Assembly: GCA_015062235.1 (NCBI GenBank)
Contig: SUUZ01000006.1
Coordinates: 11,258-75,257, forward strand
DNA length: 64,000 nucleotides
From: Alphaproteobacteria bacterium
GTDB taxonomy: Bacteria > Pseudomonadota > Alphaproteobacteria > RF32 > CAG-239
Direction: 5' to 3'
Shown here piece after piece: positions 32,309 to 41,954 of the stretch; position 1 is the first letter of the stretch, and each line of letters begins with the position of its first letter. The notes below the pieces were generated by a model, which saw nothing but the letters and a program-made list of their open reading frames with translations, ran no database searches and was not told the origin of the DNA. The translations under genes and the position numbers were made by a program.

Positions 32309-32590
32309 CTAATTTATTTTTATTGTTGCAACAGGTTGCTTATTATCGGAAATATTAGTAATTAATATTCTGTCAGAATCACCGCCCCCTTTAACAAGTA
32401 TAAAAATAGAGTCTTGTTCTATTTTGTAGTCAGCAATGAAACTTCCTTTGGGTTGGTTTAACTTGATGTTTGGAATGGGGGTTGTATTGTTTATTTTTTT
32501 ATAGATAGTGCCAAGAGCTGTTAGAGCACCAAAAAAGAGTAAGAATGTTAAAAAAAATACGATAATTTTAACAAATTTTAGCCTATTCAT
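32309..32590 (-). CDS. small exported/membrane-anchored protein (93 aa)
   Basis: N-terminal hydrophobic segment IIVFFLTFLLFFGALTALG. First gene of the minus-strand operon. Confidence 0.35.
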   Translation of the reverse strand: MNRLKFVKIIVFFLTFLLFFGALTALGTIYKKINNTTPIPNIKLNQPKGSFIADYKIEQDSIFILVKGGGDSDRILITNISDNKQPVATIKIN

Positions 32591-32665
32591 GAAAGCCTCT
32601 CTTGAAAGTTTCTTTTTTTATTTTTATTATATTCGCAATTGTTGTTTTAGGTAAAAAACAAATAG

Positions 32666-33637
32666 ATGCTTGATGATAATATTTTTAACACGCCAATAGT
32701 TAATAAAGATTTTAAGGGACAAAGAATAGATAAGTTTTTATCTTTTTGTTTTCCTGATATTTCTCGTTCACAAATCCAAAGGCTTATAGCTTCGGGAAGG
32801 GTTATTTGTGATGATATTACAATTGGCGATAATGCTTATAAAATAAAAGAGGGGGAATCGTTTGTTCTTGAGCTTCCTGAAGCGATAGATGCCGTTCCTC
32901 AACCCCAAAAATTAGATTTGCCAATATTATATCAAGATGATGATATTGTGGTGGTAAATAAACCTGCAGGAATGGTTGTTCATCCAGCACCAGGGGCGTG
33001 GGACAATACAATGGTAAATGCTTTGCTATTTTATTGTAAAGATTTATCGGGTATAGGAGGAGTGAAAAGACCAGGCATTGTTCATAGAATAGATAAAGAA
33101 ACGTCGGGTGTTTTAGTTGTAGCTAAAAATGATATGGCGCATAAATTTTTGTGTGAACAATTTGCCGAACACTCAATAGAAAGAACATATTACGCTGTTG
33201 TTTTTGGTGTTCCAACCCCAACAAAAGGAACAATAACGGGTAATATTGGGCGGAGTTCTTATGATCGTAAAAAAATGACTGTGGTAGAAAAAGGGGGAAA
33301 ACCAGCTATAACGCACTACGAGGTGGTACAGAATTTTAAAGGGGTAGCGAGTCTGGTAAAGTGTAATTTAGAAACGGGACGTACGCACCAAATTAGAGTT
33401 CATTTATCTAAGCTAGGTAATAATTTATTAGGTGATAAACTTTACGTAAAATCAAAAAAAATAAACGAAAAAAGCATTGACGAAGAGAAAAGAAGATTTT
33501 TCAACAATTTTACAAGACAAGCCTTACACGCCCAAAGTCTTGGTTTTGTTCATCCAACGACAAAAGAAAAAATATTTTTTGAAACAGATATGCCAGAAGA
33601 TATGAAGCATTTAATAGATCTTTTGCAACAAATTTAA
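32666..33637 (+). CDS. rluD: 23S rRNA pseudouridine synthase RluD
   Basis: S4 domain. Catalytic HRIDKETSGVLVVAK motif. 323 aa. Confidence 0.9.
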   Translation: MLDDNIFNTPIVNKDFKGQRIDKFLSFCFPDISRSQIQRLIASGRVICDDITIGDNAYKIKEGESFVLELPEAIDAVPQPQKLDLPILYQDDDIVVVNKPAGMVVHPAPGAWDNTMVNALLFYCKDLSGIGGVKRPGIVHRIDKETSGVLVVAKNDMAHKFLCEQFAEHSIERTYYAVVFGVPTPTKGTITGNIGRSSYDRKKMTVVEKGGKPAITHYEVVQNFKGVASLVKCNLETGRTHQIRVHLSKLGNNLLGDKLYVKSKKINEKSIDEEKRRFFNNFTRQALHAQSLGFVHPTTKEKIFFETDMPEDMKHLIDLLQQI

Positions 33638-33774
33638 ATTTTAAATACAGTGTTTTTTTAAACTAAAAGTTATATTGTGATTTTAAACTTTGATTGTAAA
33701 TCAGCCATAAAGGTTACTATTTTAGGATTCTAACGATATTGAACTAAAGTTTTTTATAGTTTAGGAGTTTTAAA

Positions 33775-34650
33775 ATGCAGAAGAATTCAACACTGAAAGG
33801 TATAGATTTTTCGCCAGAAATTAATATGGCAAGATATTTACAAAAAATAAGGTCGTATCCTATTCTTTCTCAAGAAGATGAATATAATTTAGCTGTTAAA
33901 TATCAACAAACAAAAAATCAAGAAATTGCAAAAATTTTAATAACCTCGCATTTGCGTTTGGTGGTTAAAGTTGTATCTAAATATAAAGGATACGGGCTGT
34001 CTACAGCAGAGATGATATCAGAGGGAAATATTGGTTTATTGTATGCTGTTGAAAAATTTGAGCCAGAAAAAGGTTTTAGATTCTCTACTTATGCATTGTG
34101 GTGGATTAGAGCAACAGTACAAAAATATATACTTAATTCGTGGTCTTTGGTTAAAATTGGTACAACAGCAGCTCAAAAAAAATTGTTTTTTAATTTAAGA
34201 AAGATAAAAAATAGGCTAAATCTCGGTGATGATAGAGAGCTTTCGTTAGATGTTTTAAACAAAATAGCTGGAACATTGGATGTTAGTGTGCAAGATGTTA
34301 CAGATATGAATATGAGATTGAAAGCTCACGATGGATCTCTTAACACAATAGTAGATGTTTCGGGAGATGGCGGGGCAGAATGGATGGATTTTATTGCTGA
34401 TTCTAAACCAAATCAAGAAGAAACAACTGCATATAGAGAAATAATGATTTATAGAAAGCATTTGTTCAACAAAGCGTTAGTGGTGTTAAATAAGAGAGAA
34501 AAAGATATTTTGTTTAAGAGGCGCTTAATGGATAAGGCTGTTACTCTTGATGATCTTAGTAGGGTATATGGTATCTCAAAAGAAAGAGTTAGGCAAATTG
34601 AACTAAACTCTATAAAGAAAATTAGTAGGGCAATAGAAACTGTTTCTTAG
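33775..34650 (+). CDS. rpoH: RNA polymerase sigma-32 factor RpoH
   Basis: Sigma-70 regions 2 and 4. RpoH box QKKLFFNLRK. 291 aa. Confidence 0.9.
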   Translation: MQKNSTLKGIDFSPEINMARYLQKIRSYPILSQEDEYNLAVKYQQTKNQEIAKILITSHLRLVVKVVSKYKGYGLSTAEMISEGNIGLLYAVEKFEPEKGFRFSTYALWWIRATVQKYILNSWSLVKIGTTAAQKKLFFNLRKIKNRLNLGDDRELSLDVLNKIAGTLDVSVQDVTDMNMRLKAHDGSLNTIVDVSGDGGAEWMDFIADSKPNQEETTAYREIMIYRKHLFNKALVVLNKREKDILFKRRLMDKAVTLDDLSRVYGISKERVRQIELNSIKKISRAIETVS

Positions 34651-35129
34651 CGATCTTCAGGCATAATATTTGCCCAGTTTTCTTTTAATTTTTCAAGTTT
34701 TGAGTTTATTATTTTTAGGCGATGCTGAGCAGAATTTTTGAAGATATAAGCAAATATATCTGGTAAGATATGATACAAAACCATGCCCAAAGCAGCTGCT
34801 GCTAACATAATAATTATGTTATAAATGTTATCAGTTATAGAAAAAACATTTGGAGATTGAAATTGATTAAAAATGCTATTCAAACATATCATAACACCAG
34901 AAATATTAAAACATCCAATAGTTGTTATTTTATTGATGTTTTTAGTGTCTGTGACAACGATTGTTAGAGTTGGTAAGAGGCCTAAAAACAAGACAACAAC
35001 TGCGGGCAAGACAGTAAAAGAAATAATTAAAAAAGCTATAAATATTAACACTTTTTGGAAAAGGTTAAGATGAATCTTACTTTTTTTTGGGTTTTTTTTA
35101 GAAGTTAAATTGTTTATAGGTTTTGTCAT
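34647..35129 (-). CDS. small polytopic membrane protein, translationally coupled to upstream kinase-like gene
   Basis: 4-bp ATGA overlap with the 35126-37126 gene. 3-4 predicted TM helices. Confidence 0.4.
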   Translation of the reverse strand: MTKPINNLTSKKNPKKSKIHLNLFQKVLIFIAFLIISFTVLPAVVVLFLGLLPTLTIVVTDTKNINKITTIGCFNISGVMICLNSIFNQFQSPNVFSITDNIYNIIIMLAAAALGMVLYHILPDIFAYIFKNSAQHRLKIINSKLEKLKENWANIMPEDR

Positions 35130-37126
35130 TTCATTATCCAGTATATTAAGCTAAAAACGAAAGCACTTAGCATTGTTAAAACGGCTAAAATAGAAGTAAA
35201 ACGTTTAGCAAGGTCGCGAGCTTCTTCCTCAATTTTTGAATCGCCTGACAATATTTTGTTTTTTTCTGTGAGTAAGATATTAGTGAGCTTTAACGCTTCA
35301 GAAAATTCAGATTTATCTCTGACCCTAGCTTCTTCATTTTCTAGTATTTCAACAATTTCTATTATTTTTCCATTTTTTGAGATTTGTAAAAGCTCTTGTT
35401 CGAGATATTTTTGATATTTTATATTGTGATAGCTTTGAATCAATGGTTTTGCCATGTTTACGAGCCATTGGGTTAGGCTTGGTAATTGTGCAGGACCATG
35501 TTTATTCTGGATGTTAGCGTATAGACGAATTATAGCTCCAAGCTTTAAAGAGTCTTGATTGGCGTTAATATCAAGAATAATGCCATCAATCTTCTTACCC
35601 ATTTTGCAACGTAAATAAGCGATTATATTTTTATCAAAAGGAAGGGTTTGGTAGTCACCCTTAAAACTATCTAAAGCTTTTAGTAGTCTAGATAGTGAGT
35701 TAACGAACCACCCTTTAAGTAGAGGGCTTATACAAGGTAAATCCTCATCAAAATCATACATAATACGATCAAAACCATAGCCATAATCATTACGGGAAAT
35801 ATAAAGCTTGAATTCTCCTGCGTTGGTAGGAGCTCGTAATGAAGGCTGTTCTTGATACCAAAGTTTAATTATGTCTGTAGCTATTAAGGTTTGTAGAGGG
35901 TTTAGAGAAGTAGCATTTTTTTTATTATAAAAGATAGTTTTGGCTATTCCATTTGGGAAAAGATATCCCTCAGAAGTTTTTAAAGGAAGTGTGTGATCCA
36001 AATATATACAAATACGAGTTAGTAACAAGCTCTTATCAGGTTGGTCTTTTTCTGCTGATATTTGTTTTTCTATTTTGGCATATAGCTTCTCATCTTCTAA
36101 TCCTGTTTTTACCCATTCTAAAAGTTTGCCACTTTGGATTACTTCTATTCCAAAATCAGGATTAGAAAGCATTGTTAAGGCAGCACTCTTTCGTGTGTAG
36201 CATTTTTCACCATTTACGATGAGGGCTCTATTTGAGCGGTCAAAGCTGTCGCTAGAAGTAAATGATGTTGTCTTACCCTCGTAATAATTAATCAAATGAG
36301 TATAATCACAACGATTTTCTGAATTATCATCAAGGAGAGAGCGTAGAATCATGCTTATTTGATTATGAATTTTTTCATTGTTAGACAAGAAAGTAAAAGA
36401 AGAATTTTTTAATTTCTGGCGAATTTGTTCTCCAGAAGATAAGTCTGAGTGTATATTTTTTCCTAAAGATAAACCCAAAAGAGCAACACCTGATGAATAA
36501 AGGTCATGCTCAAAAAAACCATTTCCTCTAGATTGTGGTTCGCATAGAGCGTTTTCAATAGTTTCATATGGTAATGGTTGGAAAAAGCTAGGAAAAGAGG
36601 CTAAACAATCTCCAAGAACAAGCTCTGATCGAGAAGAGTCTTTGAAAAAAAGATTGTCTAAGCGAATGGCTCGGTGTGTCAATCCAAAAGTTTTTAATAC
36701 ATCACAAGCAGATAAAAGAGAAAGCGCTAAAGATTTGAATATTTCTGGAGTTAGCTTTTGAGTCATTTCATCAAAAGTGTTTGCTTTAGGTCCTGTTGGT
36801 TTGTTGTAAATTAGAGCCATACTTTCAATGTTGTTATCATCATTCACTATTCCATATTCTACAAGCTTTAGAATGTTTGGAGCGTCTATGGATTTCATGT
36901 ATGGCAAATAAGACAAACGAGGAGAAAGCTCTTTTCCGCATATCAAAGCAAAAAGGTTTCTGTTTGGGTTAACATTATCTTTAACCTCAAAAGCTTTAGC
37001 TCCATTAGAATCTAGTTCTGGCAAGGGGGTATCAAAGCATATTTCAAAGCGTTCTTTTAACAAGAAGCTACTAGCGGTATTATCAGTTGTTGTTTCTAAG
37101 ATTTCTTCTGTTGTTTGCTTTTCCAT
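35126..37126 (-). CDS. protein-kinase-like (probable pseudokinase) protein with C-terminal membrane anchor
   Basis: Catalytic-loop-like HRAIRLDNLFF (HRD→HRA) and DFG-like VLGDCLASF. C-terminal TM LAVLTMLSAFVFSLIYWIM. 666 aa. Confidence 0.45.
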   Translation of the reverse strand: MEKQTTEEILETTTDNTASSFLLKERFEICFDTPLPELDSNGAKAFEVKDNVNPNRNLFALICGKELSPRLSYLPYMKSIDAPNILKLVEYGIVNDDNNIESMALIYNKPTGPKANTFDEMTQKLTPEIFKSLALSLLSACDVLKTFGLTHRAIRLDNLFFKDSSRSELVLGDCLASFPSFFQPLPYETIENALCEPQSRGNGFFEHDLYSSGVALLGLSLGKNIHSDLSSGEQIRQKLKNSSFTFLSNNEKIHNQISMILRSLLDDNSENRCDYTHLINYYEGKTTSFTSSDSFDRSNRALIVNGEKCYTRKSAALTMLSNPDFGIEVIQSGKLLEWVKTGLEDEKLYAKIEKQISAEKDQPDKSLLLTRICIYLDHTLPLKTSEGYLFPNGIAKTIFYNKKNATSLNPLQTLIATDIIKLWYQEQPSLRAPTNAGEFKLYISRNDYGYGFDRIMYDFDEDLPCISPLLKGWFVNSLSRLLKALDSFKGDYQTLPFDKNIIAYLRCKMGKKIDGIILDINANQDSLKLGAIIRLYANIQNKHGPAQLPSLTQWLVNMAKPLIQSYHNIKYQKYLEQELLQISKNGKIIEIVEILENEEARVRDKSEFSEALKLTNILLTEKNKILSGDSKIEEEARDLAKRFTSILAVLTMLSAFVFSLIYWIMK

Positions 37127-37264
37127 TTTTTGGATTCTTTCTTTTAGATTTTTCTAAATAATAGGTATTATAACAGTAGATTCTTAAAAAAATACAAATA
37201 TTTTTGCATTGTATTTTTGTAAAATAGATTATAGTATTGCAGAGAAGATAAAAGGCGGTATGGT

Positions 37265-38335
37265 ATGGAGCAACAAGAAAAAATAGAGGATTTTTTGGAA
37301 GGTGATAAAAACCTTGAACTAGCAGGAAATGTAGACAAGAGCATTTTGCAAGAAGCAAAAATATATGGTGTTGATTTAGATAAACTAGAGCAATTTCATT
37401 TTGAAGTTGGTTCGGAAAAATTTGAGCACAAAAAAAGATTAGAAAGTTGGAAAAGTTTAGATATAGGTTTGGCCGATGTTATAAAAATGATTGTTGAAAC
37501 ATCGGAAAGACCAACATTTTTGGTAAGGGATGATATATTAGAATATATTAATCCTGCGGCTATTAGTATTCTTAGTTTGAAAGCAGATACAAATATTGTT
37601 GGAAGTAATTTTTTTAAATTGGTTGTAAAAGAGGATAGAAATCTTTTAGCTGAAAATATTGGGGAAATGATTACCAATGTTAAAACCGTGCGAATTAGAC
37701 TTAAGTCTTTGGATGGTAAAATTGTTCCCATAAATTTTCAGGCTATTTATTTGTCTGATATTGAGCATTTTTCTTTTATTTTGTTAGGAGATCACGTAAG
37801 AAAGGAAGCTCGCTCCTCCTTTAATAATTTATATGATGATGTTACGGGATTACCTAATTTTTTTCTTTTTGAAGATAGACTTCAGGTTGCAATTTCTTTG
37901 GAAGGAGCCAAAGAAAACTCTCAGAGAGCATCAACAGTAGTAGTTGCCGCAATAAGTATTGATAATATTGAGGTTTTTCGTAAAATGCACATAGAAGAAA
38001 TGATTATAAAAAAGGTAGCTAATAATCTGGTGTTAAATTTACCAAAAAATTCGACAGTAGCTAGAGGGTTAAAATATAATTTTTGGATTTTACTTTCAGG
38101 GATTGGAAGTAAAAATGATACAAATCAATATGTGAAAAGAGTTTTTGATGTATTAAAAGAAGGTGTTAGCGATAATTTTACACAGCATGAATTATTGTTT
38201 TCTATTGGTGTTTCATCTTTTCCATATCCAGCGCGTTCTGCAAAAAGGACTATTGAACAAGCTATTGAAGCTATTAAAGAAGCTCAAGCAAATCCTAAAA
38301 GTTCAATAAAATTTTATACAGGAAAAGACGTTTAA
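37265..38335 (+). CDS. PAS-like sensor with degenerate GGDEF domain
   Basis: VTGLPNFFLFEDRL resembles the GGDEF-domain start. The GG(D/E)EF position is replaced by GLKYNFW, implying an inactive cyclase. Confidence 0.4.
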   Translation: MEQQEKIEDFLEGDKNLELAGNVDKSILQEAKIYGVDLDKLEQFHFEVGSEKFEHKKRLESWKSLDIGLADVIKMIVETSERPTFLVRDDILEYINPAAISILSLKADTNIVGSNFFKLVVKEDRNLLAENIGEMITNVKTVRIRLKSLDGKIVPINFQAIYLSDIEHFSFILLGDHVRKEARSSFNNLYDDVTGLPNFFLFEDRLQVAISLEGAKENSQRASTVVVAAISIDNIEVFRKMHIEEMIIKKVANNLVLNLPKNSTVARGLKYNFWILLSGIGSKNDTNQYVKRVFDVLKEGVSDNFTQHELLFSIGVSSFPYPARSAKRTIEQAIEAIKEAQANPKSSIKFYTGKDV

Positions 38336-38853
38336 TTTTGAGCTTTTATTGTATAGATATATTCGATAATGTCCTCTTTGTCCCAATCTACAGCACCTCT
38401 GATACGCCCTATTTCCATAGAGGAATCGTTAACTAGAACAGTGTGTGGGGATGTGAATATTCCAAAATCCGTGGCAAGAGCTGATTTTTTATCGGTATAA
38501 AAATCAAGATTGACTCCTCCATATTTTTTTAAAAAAGATAATTGTTCCCCTTCAGTTTGCCAATCTTCATGCGGAGATACTAAAATGACTTTAATGTTGT
38601 TATCTTGGGTTTTTTTTACAAAAGCGTTTAAATCATCAAGTTCTCGTATGCAAGGAATACAAGTTTTTGACCAAAAAACAATAATTAAAAAATCACCAGC
38701 AAAATCTTTGAGTTGAAAAGCCTGTCCGTATTGGTTAAATATCTTGGATTCTGGGACGGGTCTTGGGTAGGCAAAAATATTTGCACCACGATAAGCCAAT
38801 GCGGTGTTTGAAAAACAAAAAAGAAATAAAACTAATAGAAATTTTCTAAACAT
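38332..38853 (-). CDS. thioredoxin-fold thiol:disulfide oxidoreductase (TlpA/ResA-like), exported
   Basis: Signal peptide. CxxC active site WSKTCIPCIREL. 173 aa. Confidence 0.65.
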   Translation of the reverse strand: MFRKFLLVLFLFCFSNTALAYRGANIFAYPRPVPESKIFNQYGQAFQLKDFAGDFLIIVFWSKTCIPCIRELDDLNAFVKKTQDNNIKVILVSPHEDWQTEGEQLSFLKKYGGVNLDFYTDKKSALATDFGIFTSPHTVLVNDSSMEIGRIRGAVDWDKEDIIEYIYTIKAQN

Positions 38854-38936
38854 TTATTTTGTATAACTTAAATTTTGTTTAACCCTTACGTAAATATGTG
38901 TGTATTATATAAGTAAATAGGTAAAGGAATTGTATA

Positions 38937-39066
38937 TGAAAAAAATATTTATGTTTCTTTTTTTTAGTGTGGCTTTTTTAACTTTAGTATCTTGTGGTAA
39001 GGCGGCTAAACCCATTCCTTATCCAGATAGTGGGTATCCACATACATATCCGTATGATAAGTAAGA
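38937..39066 (+). CDS. small putative lipoprotein (43 aa; below ORF-track threshold)
   Basis: MKKIFMFLFFSVAFLTLVSCGK lipobox followed by a Pro/Tyr-rich tail. Weak support. Confidence 0.3.
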
Positions 39067-39073
39067 TGAAGGA

Positions 39074-39766
39074 TTGAAAATGGTTTTAAGTAATGTTGAT
39101 GATGAAATGATACCATACGTTGAGTTTGCTGATAACGCAAACGAGCGCACCCCTTGTGTTTTGGTTTTGGATTGTTCTGGATCAATGAGGGGAGAACCAA
39201 TAAAGCAGCTTAATATTGGGTTGAAGGCGTTAGAACAAGAATTAAAAGATGATATTGATGCGTCATCGAGAGTTCAGTTGCTTATAATTAAGGCTTTTGG
39301 AAAAGATGAGGCGGTTATTTCTTCAGACTGGATTGATGCTATGAATTTTGAGGCGCCAGAAATGGAAGCAGGGGGATTGACGCCTTTGGGCAAGGCTATG
39401 GAGCTTGCTTTGAAAAAAATAGAAGAACAAAAATGTCTTTATGATAGTTGCGGAATAACATCTAAGCGACCATGGATATTTTTAATAAGCGATGGTGAAC
39501 CAACAGATTATGATTGGGAAATTATTGCGAAAAAATGTAGGATAGCACAGCAAAATAAAAAAGTTGTTATTCATGCTGTGGGAACGCAAGGTGCAAATTT
39601 AGATAAACTAGCTTTATTTTCAACGAATCCTCCAAAAAGATTGAGTGGTTTGAGGTTTACTGAATTTTTCTTATGGCTTAGTCGAAGTGTTTCTTGTGTT
39701 TCAAGAGCCGCTCCAAATGCTTTGGGTTTGCTTGAAGATACAGGCGATTGGAATGAAGAAGAATAG
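39074..39766 (+). CDS. von Willebrand factor A domain protein (TerY-like)
   Basis: MIDAS motif VLDCSGSMRGEPI. First gene of a three-gene vWA / PP2C / kinase operon. Confidence 0.7.
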   Translation: MKMVLSNVDDEMIPYVEFADNANERTPCVLVLDCSGSMRGEPIKQLNIGLKALEQELKDDIDASSRVQLLIIKAFGKDEAVISSDWIDAMNFEAPEMEAGGLTPLGKAMELALKKIEEQKCLYDSCGITSKRPWIFLISDGEPTDYDWEIIAKKCRIAQQNKKVVIHAVGTQGANLDKLALFSTNPPKRLSGLRFTEFFLWLSRSVSCVSRAAPNALGLLEDTGDWNEEE

Positions 39767-40499
39767 TTGTAAAAAACCTAAGTTTATTGCCGCTAGTGTT
39801 GCAGGGCAACTTCATGTTAGTAAAAAAATACCTTGTCAGGATTTTTATCAGTATGCTGTAGGACGTAATATTGTTGCTGTAGTTTCAGATGGAGCAGGAT
39901 CTGCAAAGCATGGTAGAATAGGAGCAAGGATTTTATGTTCTACTATTTGTGATTTGCTGAAAAATAGTAGTTTTGATAAAATAGAAGATAAAGTTATTCA
40001 AGCAATCAGGGTTATTAGACAAAAGCTGTTATTTCATAGGTTTAATAAAACCAAAGATGAATTAGGTCTTTCATCGTTTGCGGCAACATTAGTTGGAGTT
40101 GTCTACAACAGAGGACGGGGTGTTTTTTTTCATATTGGGGATGGAGCAGCAATATCGTTAGGCAAAGCGTATGATTTTGTGGCATCAAGGCCTGAAAATG
40201 GAAATTTTTCTTGTGAAACTTTCTTTTTTACGCAATTAGCATGGAGAGAAAACTTAAGATTTACAAAATTTTCAAAAGCATCAAGTATTTTGTTAATGTC
40301 TGATGGTTTAACTTCATTTGCTTTTCAACCAGATTTTTTAGATGTTGAATACAAGTTTATTAAACCTATAAATGATTTTCTGTTATCAGAGAAAAGTGTT
40401 GTTAGAGCTCGTAGGGCACTAGTTAATACACTTAATACTCCTAAAGCTCAAAAATTAAACCCTGATGATAAAACGCTTGTTTGGATTGGAGCGTTATAG
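39753..40499 (+). CDS. PP2C-family Ser/Thr protein phosphatase
   Basis: AVVSDGAGSAKHGRIGA, HIGDGAAI and LLMSDGL motifs. Start set at ATG 39753, overlapping the upstream gene end. Confidence 0.7.
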   Translation: MKKNSCKKPKFIAASVAGQLHVSKKIPCQDFYQYAVGRNIVAVVSDGAGSAKHGRIGARILCSTICDLLKNSSFDKIEDKVIQAIRVIRQKLLFHRFNKTKDELGLSSFAATLVGVVYNRGRGVFFHIGDGAAISLGKAYDFVASRPENGNFSCETFFFTQLAWRENLRFTKFSKASSILLMSDGLTSFAFQPDFLDVEYKFIKPINDFLLSEKSVVRARRALVNTLNTPKAQKLNPDDKTLVWIGAL

Positions 40500-41954
40500 A
40501 TGGAGGAAAAAAGACAGACATTTAACGCTGTTTATCCTGATGGTTCTTTTGGAAAGATAACGCTCGGTAAAATGGTGAACAAAGGGGGAGCTTCAGGTAA
40601 AATTTATTTGGTTGAGGGGCGTCCAGAAAGTGTAGTTAAAATTTTTCATAATATTGAGAAATCAGCTACAAATAGAAAGAAACTTCAAGCAATGCTATTA
40701 AATAAACCTAATTTTCAGCCTGTAGAAGCAAAAGGTATAGAATATATTCAAATAGCGTGGCCTGAAGCATTGTTGGATGATGAAAAGGGGTTTTGTGTTG
40801 GATATATGATGCCGCTTATAAATATGGATAAAGCTGTGTCACTGGATCATCTTATGCAAAAAGCTGTTAGAAAAAAATTAGGACTTTCAGAAAAATATGC
40901 TTATAGGATTTTTGCAGCATATAATGTTGCTTCGATGGTTGCTGCGTTACATAAATGTGGGCATTATATTATAGATTTAAAGCCTTCTAACTTATCAGTA
41001 TATAAAGAGAATATGCTGGTTGCTATGGTTGATTGCGATGGTTTTTCGATTAAAGGTGAAAAAAATAGGTACCCTGCAGAGTTTGTTTCAGAAGAATATA
41101 TTTATCCTGAAGGGATGACACAATCTTGTGAAGAAATGGGAGAAGAACAGGATAGATTTGCGCTAGCTGTGATTGTTTTTCGATTGCTTAACAATGGTAT
41201 TCACCCTTTTTCTGGGGTACCTAAAAGTGTTAACGCAGATATGTTGACCATACAAGGAAGAATTGAGCAATATCACTATGCTTATGGGTTGTGGCCAGAT
41301 AGGTATCAAAGCCCCCATCCATATAGTATACATGAGTATTTTAGTAAAGAAACGTTGGAGCTTTTTGAAAGGGCTTTTACTAAAGGATGTCAAAGGCCAT
41401 CTGCTTATGAGTGGCAAGAACATTTATGGAAATTGATGCATAGTTTGAAATCGTGTAAAGAAAATAGTAATCATGTTTTTTTTACATCAAAAGGATGTGG
41501 TTTATGTTCTGTAGAGAGTAAATTTAATAAAAAATTGAGTGTTATAAAAAAACAACGGATAGAACCAGAAAAAATTAGAGGAATAGAAGTAACACGATTG
41601 TTACCAGAAAACGTTAAAGAGGAAAAGAAAAGAAAATATGCTTATAATGTAAAAATGCAGAAAATTTTTTGGTCTTTTATTTTTGTATATATGCTATTTT
41701 TTGCTTTGCTTTTTAAATTATTGATGCCCTTTAAGGTTTTTTTTAGTAAAATAGGCATAGGTGTTCAGTTTTTGGTTATGGTGTTTTTTTTAATTTTTCT
41801 AGACAGTATGTTAAGAAAATATTCCAAACACTTCAGTTTGCTACAAAACAAAATTATTCGTGATATGTTGCGGGTATACGCCTTTATTTGGATGTTGGTA
41901 ACAATAGTGTTGATAAATGATTTACCAAAAAATTTGTTTGAACTAGCTCCTTAG
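40500..41954 (+). CDS. Hanks-type Ser/Thr protein kinase with C-terminal transmembrane segments
   Basis: Gly-rich loop NKGGASGKIYL. Beta-3 Lys VVKIF. Catalytic loop IIDLKPSNL. DFG-like DCDGF. C-terminal TM helices. Start codon abuts the PP2C stop. Confidence 0.8.
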   Translation: MEEKRQTFNAVYPDGSFGKITLGKMVNKGGASGKIYLVEGRPESVVKIFHNIEKSATNRKKLQAMLLNKPNFQPVEAKGIEYIQIAWPEALLDDEKGFCVGYMMPLINMDKAVSLDHLMQKAVRKKLGLSEKYAYRIFAAYNVASMVAALHKCGHYIIDLKPSNLSVYKENMLVAMVDCDGFSIKGEKNRYPAEFVSEEYIYPEGMTQSCEEMGEEQDRFALAVIVFRLLNNGIHPFSGVPKSVNADMLTIQGRIEQYHYAYGLWPDRYQSPHPYSIHEYFSKETLELFERAFTKGCQRPSAYEWQEHLWKLMHSLKSCKENSNHVFFTSKGCGLCSVESKFNKKLSVIKKQRIEPEKIRGIEVTRLLPENVKEEKKRKYAYNVKMQKIFWSFIFVYMLFFALLFKLLMPFKVFFSKIGIGVQFLVMVFFLIFLDSMLRKYSKHFSLLQNKIIRDMLRVYAFIWMLVTIVLINDLPKNLFELAP

